A stretch of 59,717 bases of DNA, counting the filler, from Catajapyx aquilonaris (Eukaryota), in the NCBI GenBank assembly GCA_000934665.2. It is 4 parts of 4 records of this genome, joined end to end, with 100 filler letters (N's around TTAATTAATTAA, not from the genome) between each part and the next. Parts side by side here need not be neighbours in the genome. Positions count along the whole stretch, not along the records: positions 44,801 to 59,717 come from KZ539721.1; 3 more parts are not named here. One strand, 5' to 3'. Below the pieces are notes generated by a model that did no database searches, was not told the origin of the DNA, and worked only from the letters and a program-made list of their open reading frames with translations. Both the position numbers and the translations under genes were made by a program. Positions 51,651 to 59,717 of the stretch are shown piece by piece (the stretch's first letter is position 1; each line of letters begins with the position of its first letter).

Positions 51651-52298
51651 CAACGAGATAGAATAGGGTAGAGGCCGTAAAGGTCACATATGATCTTTGG
51701 CGGTCATGCCACTTCACGGCAAGAACATGCGCTCATTTGAAATTGCCGTATTTCTAACCCTGTTCTCCTCTGTCTACACTCCTGCCTCCTGGCGAGGGTG
51801 GGAATAAATAAAAACGTCCCCAGACAGGCTTTTCTTCCTAGTCCCGCCAGGAGGCAGGAGAGGAGAACAGGGTTAGCGATACTACAATTTCAAAGTTCTT
51901 GCCGTGAAGTGGCATGGCCGCCCGATGGCCGCCATTTTGCTTTACGGCCTCTACCCTATTCTATCTCGTGGATACAGAATTAGACAGTAGCGTCATGCGG
52001 CCAGAGGGAAAACCAGCCATGAGTTTACCACCTCAGGCGTGTTATTCCGCGAAGTGACATGGCCGCTCAATTGCATCAAAGATAGCGGACCTTGACGGCA
52101 TCTAACCCTATTTTATACCTCGTTGCTTTCACCAGACTGCCATTTATTCCCGCCCCCGCCAGGAGGCAGGAGTGTAGACAGAGGAGAACAGGGTTAGAAA
52201 TACGGCAATTTCAAATGCGCGCATGTTCTTGCCGTGAAGTGGCATGGCCGGCAAAGATCACGTGACCTTTACGGCCTCTACCCTATTCTATCTCGTTG
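51651..52298. mobile_element. Foldback MITE with 8-bp TSD (P/hAT-like)
   Basis: ~155-bp TIRs starting CAACGAGATAGAATAGGGTAGAGG. TSD CAAAAGAC at 51643-51650 and 52299-52306. Confidence 0.9.
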
Positions 52299-52749
52299 CA
52301 AAAGACTAATATAGACCTTTCTACACTGTAGCAGGGGAAAGGGGAGGGGGCGAGGTTAAGGAATGCATTGTTTGGCGTAATTGTTAGTGTAACATGCTGA
52401 ATTCGCGCATCGTTGTTAGCATGGCTATTACACGCGAGCGCGTTCAATATTTTCCATTTTAATCATCGGTATGTTGTTGGAAACGAGGCTGCGTAACATC
52501 GATTGCACCCAATAAAGCACTTGCGTATAGTAGATTCTCGTACGATAAGTTCGAAATGAACGTATGTATATACCAATTTTTCCTAAAGAAAAAGAAAAGG
52601 AAGTTAATAGCACAGCTTCGAAATTTATGCGAGGCCATCTAGGACTATGTGAAGGACATCTATATATATGCGTTAAAAGTGGCGAACTGTTGTTTATGGT
52701 AAATATATATATGTGTATATATATATATCTAATATTATGCGAACAAAGA

Positions 52750-52832
<83 letters not shown>
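52750..52832. repeat. (AAT)n microsatellite
   Basis: Pure trinucleotide run. Confidence 0.95.
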
Positions 52833-53320
52833 GGGAATAGAAGCCCAACTTGTATTTTGAGGGGAGTGTCCCTTTAAAAATTCTACTTTACACATTATTG
52901 GGATGAATGTAAATTAAAACTGGATGTTAAATGCATCTCATGAAGAACATTCCCCCAACTAAGACAATCTGACCTAGCCACTTCTAAGTTAAACAGCTCA
53001 TTTGAAGCGAAGGTTTCCAGCCTTTTCTACAGGCCTGAATGGGCCAAGTGTTCAGCATATATGATTTTCATTCACCCTAATGTTGTAAGTACCTTTTTTT
53101 CCAACCTTAGAAGTCAGTTTTTCGAAGATAATGGATTCACTTAAAAGCCTTTGCCAAAGGCATTTGCGGAAATAATATTACTCAGTCGGAACATCTCTGT
53201 TGTATACTGTAAAATCCGGTAAGATTCCGACACAAAATCACACAACCTATAGCAATCAGATACACGCAGTCTGTTCCGACTGAACTGTCAGTAATGGTTA
53301 GCAACTTTTTGTCACTGAAC

Positions 53321-53603
53321 CAGGGCCGGATTTATAGGGGGCACAGGGGGCAAGTGCCCTGGGCCCTCCTGCGAGGGGGGGGCATGGCAAAAAAGTTTAA
53401 AATACTTTATTATTAAAAATTAAAAATTAACAACTTGTGACGATAATGACGAACCTCCAACTCCAGGCTTAAATGCAATAAGCTGACTGTGATGTGTAAA
53501 TTTCGTGAATTATCCTTATTGCTGTATATTTTAATTTCTACATTCGGGGGGGGGNTGCTAGCCAAGACCGCCCCGGGCCCCCCGAGGTCTAAATCCGGCC
53601 ATG
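53321..53603. mobile_element. hAT-type MITE
   Basis: TIR CAGGGCCGGATTTA / TAAATCCGGCCATG with 8-bp TSD CACTGAAC. Confidence 0.9.
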
Positions 53604-53650
53604 CACTGAACGGCTTATTATTAAGCAGTTGCTTTTTCACAGATACGGTA

Positions 53651-54356
53651 CCGTAAGTGGGGTGGCTTTTTGAAAGTGCTTGGATGTTATTCGTATCAGC
53701 AGAAACGGTTTAAGGTTTTCCCAACAAATGTCTTATTGAGGTTTGTACCCTCATCCTTCCTCTACACATCCGTGTGCAGATCATATCAATAACTTTATCC
53801 GTTACAAAAATATTCACATTTACATTTGTGACAGTTGTCATTTCCTTGATGTTAAACATGAGAAACAGAAAATAAAACAAAGTTACCCCCACAAACTTTT
53901 AATTTTAGACAAATTTTCGTCTTTGCAATGATATATTATTATATAAAATTGATCATATACGTATAATGTAAATGTAATGTAAATGAAAAACATTGTCATT
54001 TTTTTGGTCTTTTCGTTCATGTCCTTAAGGGCGCCGGATACCTATGCGAAGTTTGGCCGAGTCACGGTTGCAGCGTTCTCTTTGCGCCGCGCGCCGCCAC
54101 GCCGATGCGAGCGTCTCGCTGGAGTTACGGACCTGAAATTTTCACAGCATGGCGAGAAAGGGCCAGTTGAGTCGCAGTTTGCAAACTTGGAATATTACTC
54201 CCAACAATGCTCGAGGTGTAGGAGCTTTCCAAGCTGGCCTGTAGGTAGCACCACATTCGCAGCCATCTACTGGTGCTGGTTTCAGTCAAAAAGCTAAAAC
54301 AATAGTGGCGCGAGATTCGAAAAACTGATTTGTCACAAAGTCACCCCCACTTACGG
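53651..54356. mobile_element. Tc1/pogo-type MITE
   Basis: TIR CCGTAAGTGGGG / CCCCACTTACGG with TA TSD. Confidence 0.8.
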
Positions 54357-54537
54357 TATACTTTTAGGAACTGCCAAAGTATTTGGTGTTGATCGTAAGC
54401 TGAATGTAACCATCACTTCAGGCCCTCGTTGCTTTGAATTTTAGAGATTATGCACATTTGAAACCACAGTACTGATATCCCTAGTAAGTAATTAAATCCA
54501 TTTTTTGGAGGATACAGTCTTGGAAATGTTTATGCTA

Positions 54538-54753
54538 CGAGGGGCAGTCGGAAAGCAAGTTTCGCGATGCTACAGTTTCGACGCCATGCGACGGACCGGG
54601 TAAAAACGAGCATGGGCAGACACATGTGCAAGAACCTGTACTATAAAGTAGGTAGAGGAAGGATCAATGCCTCTGCCCATGCTTGCCTTTACCCGGTCCG
54701 TCGCATGGAGTCGAAACTGTAGCATCGCGAAACTTACTTTCCGACTGACTATC
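54538..54753. mobile_element. mariner-type palindromic MITE
   Basis: TA-CGAGGGGCAGTCGGAAAG start and ~85-bp inverted arms. Confidence 0.75.
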
Positions 54754-55536
54754 GGAATTTCTCCAAAATATAATATTGTGTGAGATTTCTTCGCCCCTGA
54801 TTTGGTAAGACGGAAAATACAATTGACAATTTAAAAAAAATAAATTATAGAGTAATCTGTGACAGACATTTTTCCCATTCGGATATGAATACAATGGCCT
54901 GGAGAATTTAGGTGCTTAGGAACGAAAATAATGTTGCTTTGTACGGTGCTCGGATAATGAAGGTGTTTATTCTGAGCGAGACTTGTACTGCAGGATAGAA
55001 ATAATTTCTGAAATAGGCTTATTGTGCGGGAATGGGAAGCGCTTCGGATAAATGCGCTCATTATTAAAATGCCTCGCAGCGGTGCGAAAAACTTGTTTTC
55101 GTACCAGCCTTTAACATGCTGAACACAAAATTGCCACGACGAACAATATAAATTAACGCCGCCTTTGTGAAGTATGCGAGAGATATTTTTTCCATTTGAC
55201 GAATGAAGCAGCAGTGTTGGAACTAAGCTCATTTTTGACATGCTGGTACGATACCAGTATGGAGTCTGCAGTGTTTTCCATATGAACATTTAATGCAAGA
55301 GAAAAAGAGGGTATATGAACTATATACACTTATACAGTATACCAGTTGGCCTTAGTGTGTAAGTTAGGAGCGATTCGAGTTTTCGGCAGCAGCTGGCCAG
55401 GAATCATAACAGCCACGTTATGGGAAACAAGTGAGCATCCGGCATTCAGGCATTCCCAGTGGACAATCTTGCTGGACACTCAGACTGCTTCATAGCTGCG
55501 TGTGAACTGCTGGCTCGGGGGGGGGGGGGGGGGGGG

Positions 55537-55586
55537 NNNNNNNNNNNNNNNNNNNNNNNNNNNNNNNNNNNNNNNNNNNNNNNNNN
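55537..55586. other. Intra-scaffold gap (N50) in a poly-G run
   Basis: 50 N flanked by G runs. Confidence 0.95.
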
Positions 55587-55920
55587 GGGGTGGCCGAGAT
55601 GGTAACGTCTCGGCTTGCTGCGTGAAACGTCCCAGGTTCGATCCCCGCCTGGGAGCTCCCTTTCGCCTGCGTCAGGAGGGTCTCTGACTCGCACCTTGGA
55701 GGTGTCTGGCAACCTAACCTCCTGGGGGACCCCCCCACATAGCCCAAAGCATTGCACATGCTCCCGTGTCCCCTCCCCGAAAATCCTTATCCTTACCCAA
55801 TGTCCTTGATTCCTTGCATCGGAGAGTGAAGAAAAAGTATTTACGATAGAAAACTGATGGTGGTGTGCCACACCCTACAAGGGCTTAGAGCCATATCACT
55901 CATATCAGGGGGTAAAATAA
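55587..55920 (+). mobile_element. tRNA-derived SINE family Y, copy 2
   Basis: TGGCCGAGATGG box A, GGTTCGATCCC box B, body homologous to 39484-39810, AAAT-type tail. Confidence 0.8.
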
Positions 55921-56515
55921 ATAAATTAAATATTAAAAAATAACTGCTGGCTCGGCCACTGTGGTCCAATAAAATAAAATAAAATAAGATACTTCCTCGC
56001 CAAATGATTTGCCGTGTGAATGAGTCTTATGGAAACAGGTTTAGCCTGTCCGTTTGGCCCTTGAAGCAGATCGGAAAGCTTAGTTAGCTGGCTGCTGAGA
56101 CACTGAAATGCCATTTTCTCCTTTTTGTTATGATTACCGCTCTCCCTTGTCATTTTCTGACGTCATCTCTATTTTATGTCAGAGCGTACAATTTTGTAGA
56201 TCTAGAATTATTTTACAGCCGTAATAAATGAGAGTACCGGTAACCCTAGGAAATGGGAGACTATCCGGAGACTGGCATAAAATAATCATGATATTGGCAA
56301 ATGACAAGGGATAGCGGTAATAATTGAAGCGACAAGGGCATTTCAGTGTTCCCAGAAGCTGGCGTGGTGTCACAATCTGCTCTAACAGTGAGTGCCATTC
56401 CCTCGTTAGTAAGGTAACCTCCCAATAGCGACTTAAAAAGCATATATGTACTGTAATACATCACTTAAAGCGGCATGCAGGTATAAAACGAGGTCGACCA
56501 GCATGCCGGTATAAC

Positions 56516-56665
56516 CAGATGCATTCCAAGAAATTTGACAAGGATCAAAATTATGGAAATCTACCTCGGGTATTGCGGCATGCCGGTCACCCCCGACTAG
56601 CATGCCGCAATGCCTGAGGTAGATTTCCATAATTTTCATTGTCAAATTTTTTTGGAATGCATCTG
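56516..56665. repeat. ~150-bp imperfect palindrome
   Basis: CAGATGCATTCCAA...GGAAATCTACCTC mirrored by GAGGTAGATTTCC...TTGGAATGCATCTG. Confidence 0.85.
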
Positions 56666-57687
56666 TAGGGGAGACCGGGGCACGATGGCTACAGCCTACA
56701 GGGGTACGATGACACAGTCTATTAGGTTCCCGATTAGGACCCGATGCTTATGTGATAGGTGCAGGTAGACATGCTCCACATTCCATCCCATCTTCAATTC
56801 AATACCGATTTTGGGGGGGTTTTGACAATTTGAGTAAATTTCAATTTTTTCATTAGTTTTTATTTTTTCTTCCAACGGAAGTTCTAGATCACCCAGCCCA
56901 ATCAGGTGTTTGCAAGGCATAATATCTGCCTACAAAATGACAGCATAAATTGCCATTTCATATTTGTCACCCAAGAGTAGGAGGACTCGAAAGGTAAAAA
57001 AAAATGCCTACGAGGCACGATGGCACATGTCCCTACCAACCTTGGCTGACCATGGCGACTATGGAAGACCATGGCAGCCTCTACTGCCTCTCCTCTGTCA
57101 CTTATTAGGCCGGGCCCATGCACTTTCCCCAGTTGCCGGCTACTTGCTCCTTATTAGCTGGAGGACATGCTATTTTTGTTATCCTGCAAGGAAAATGTTC
57201 TGAATATCTTTGTACAGGTAACATCTTTGTAATCTCTTGTAACTACTGTATATGGATATGAATCGATAATGCGTGTGGAAGTGATTTTCATATTATTTCA
57301 TAAGCCATACCTGTGCCATCGTGCCCCGTGCCTTGTGCCATGTACGGAGACTTTTTAAATAATTTCTTGTGAATAGTATATCTAATGCAACCATGCGAAA
57401 ATATCGCATATATTCTCAAATGTTTAAAGTATTTATCAGTATAAAAACTATAGTGAATAAGTCTTACCTGGCCTCATTAAAAAATGAAATGTAAAAAGTG
57501 TGCCACTTCATGTCCCCCCCCCTTGTTAGTTCGGAGTCCGTTATAGGGTCGTCCAGCAGAGGAGTGGGGGGCCATGTCATTACACGAGTAGATAAATTTG
57601 GACTTAATGAGTTTACTGCGTATGTCTCACACTCGAGAAAGGTATGGTTTGAAATACCCACACGTCTAGCTTTGTTTTTGTTTCCAT

Positions 57688-59355
57688 TTACAATATCCCA
57701 AAGTTTAGGGAATTTGCAGATTTTAATAGGTCCTGTAGGGTGACTTTGTAATATTTCCGTCTTTTAGCGTTTAGTAATTTATGATAAAGTTTGTCTGAAA
57801 GTGTGTATTTATTCCTGTCTTCCAGCTGATCTGTTCCGCTCCATCTTTTTAGGTTACGCATAACATAGTGTTTTTTCTTTCTTAGCACGTAATCATACCA
57901 GGGTGCTTTCTCTGTACCTTGCGGGAGATCTCGATTTGTAGCATTTACAAATTAGACCAAATTGATTTTAAGTATCAGTTAACTTAGCCTGAATGGAAGA
58001 AGCCATTTTAACTGAGTCAGTTTCCTCAAAGATATCATTCAGTACTTCTGTTAACGCTGGTTCCAAAAAAGTGACACCTCCTTTTGGTCTAATTAATATC
58101 AGTGAGTTTGACTCAGTATAAGACCCTTCTTCGGGTGAGGCATTGTGTGCTCGCATCATCAATGTTATTGGAAAGTGGTCAGAGCCAGTCTGATCTAATA
58201 CTTCGTGAGTCAAATCCAAGTCTAAGAGATCGTGGGAAACACACATTAAATATACTACACTGTTCCCCAGCGCTGAACAGAAGGTATAGTTTCCAGAATT
58301 TCCATTTGGGATCAGTCCATTTTAATGTAGTAATAGATAGGTTGTCCGAAAGCTGTATAAATTATTTTTTCCCATCTTCTGTTGACTTTTTCGTCCTGAG
58401 TATTTGCACTTGGATTTAAGTTGGTTGGCATACTCAGCGGGACGCTTCTCTGGGTGCCCCCCCTGGCGTTAAAATCACCTAACAAAATAATATTTTCAAT
58501 CCCAGAGCTACATGCCCTTCTAATTGTTGTTCTAGATGATCCAGTACAATGTCGTATGTTGCTTTTGGGGGGGATGTAACATTAGACCAATTAATAGCTT
58601 TCCCATTAATATTATTGCAGGTTAATTTGAACTAAGATATAGCATCTCGAAGATGCAATTAGGAGGGGATTAATGGTACTCTTAAGCAACATCACCAAAC
58701 CTCCAGATAGCCTTCCCTTTTGTGCCACTTTAACTGCCCCCTCGAAAAAAACACTTATATTGGCGCCAAAGCTTATCCTGTCTATATCCTTCACCCAGTT
58801 CTCCACAAAACCATGAACTGCAAAGTTTTGTTGAGACAATTGCAGATCCGAGTACACGTCGAACAGGCTCTGACCCGCTATGTTCCACATACAAAACGAT
58901 ATCTCACTGCATGACATGCCACTTAATGGCACTTTCTGCCTACACTTAACTGCACTTTTTCTTAATCACTCACTAACGCCCTCTTCTCACTCACTGCCCC
59001 AAATTGTTACTGTAGATCATGATCCACATTGGTTTCCATTGTTGCATTTTTATCTTGGGCCGCTTGTTGCTGTTGACATTTTTTTGTGGCTTCATCTTCT
59101 AACGGCGATGAAGGGCCACGTTTTGAGTGGATTTTTTCGCATAAGGAGAGGGGTGCAAAACTCGATGTTGGTGGTACAAAGGGTTGAAAAATGAGGAGAA
59201 CCTGATTGGCCGAAGAAACCGTTACTTGAGTGACTTGCACTCCAACGTAAACTTGGAGTGCAAATTTGTTTCCTTAATAACTCACGAACTCTAAGGGTGC
59301 AAAACTCTTTCTCGGTGGTACAAAATGTTGCAAAATGCGTGCAAAATTCCTGCAC
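57688..59355 (-). mobile_element. Decayed non-LTR retrotransposon: ORF1 remnant plus APE endonuclease
   Basis: Endonuclease motifs WNIAG, FVENW, GRLSGGLVML, IILLGDFNAR (~58465-58495), YTF, SDHFPI and PWYD, spread over several frames. Confidence 0.85.
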
Positions 59356-59717
59356 ATGTTTTATTGTTCTAGCTCAACCTTGCACTCCAAGTTAACAGAC
59401 ATGTGTCGCGGATTTAACCAGGGTTTTGCCTGGCGCTCTAGCACAGTGGCTGTGGAATTAATTCATGACGTTGGACATGTTTGCGATGCGCGTCCTCGGC
59501 CGCCATGAGAAAAAGTCTACTATAATCACGCTCACGTGATTTGCCAATCTTGTTTGAGTTATTACGCCGGGTTAAGTTTTTGGAGAATCACCCGCATACA
59601 TTCAAGTATATCTGTGTTTATACGTGATCTTGTGCCCATAAAATGCAGGAATGTTGTAAAATTTGCTTTCATGCAACCGGCCAAACGAAAGTGCATCAGA
59701 TTCCCCCCCCCCCCCCC

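Noticed and set aside
1..59717. Functional gene cluster linking the Top1 paralog, Serf, epimerase, lipid transfer and ZNF genes
   Set aside because: The genes lie on separate pieces joined by artificial linkers, so adjacency across pieces is not evidence.

Overview
Eukaryotic, most likely arthropod/insect DNA (short GT-AG introns, TATA + TCAGTT Inr promoter, TTAGG-like tracts, tRNA-derived SINEs). The window is not one locus: three identical 100-bp linkers (N44-TTAATTAATTAA-N44) join four ~14.8-kb pieces that share repeat families. Piece 1 holds a complete, frame-intact 13-exon DNA topoisomerase IB paralog (~700 aa) whose catalytic Tyr is Cys and whose catalytic His is Leu, a candidate pseudoenzyme and the best finding here. 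It is preceded by a decayed RAG1/Transib/Chapaev-type transposase. Piece 2 holds convergent Serf and glucose-6-phosphate 1-epimerase genes; the epimerase has an in-frame 42-codon Pro/His/polyGln extension after its TGA (candidate stop-codon readthrough). Piece 3 holds the first three exons and promoter of a large lipid transfer protein gene, an orphan GC-rich promoter-like island, a tandem C2H2 zinc-finger cluster in decay, and a LINE 3' end. Piece 4 is almost all transposon relics (Chapaev3, Sola, mariner, hAT/P-like MITEs, LINE, SINEs) with many palindromes. All calls come from manual reading and translation; no searches were run.
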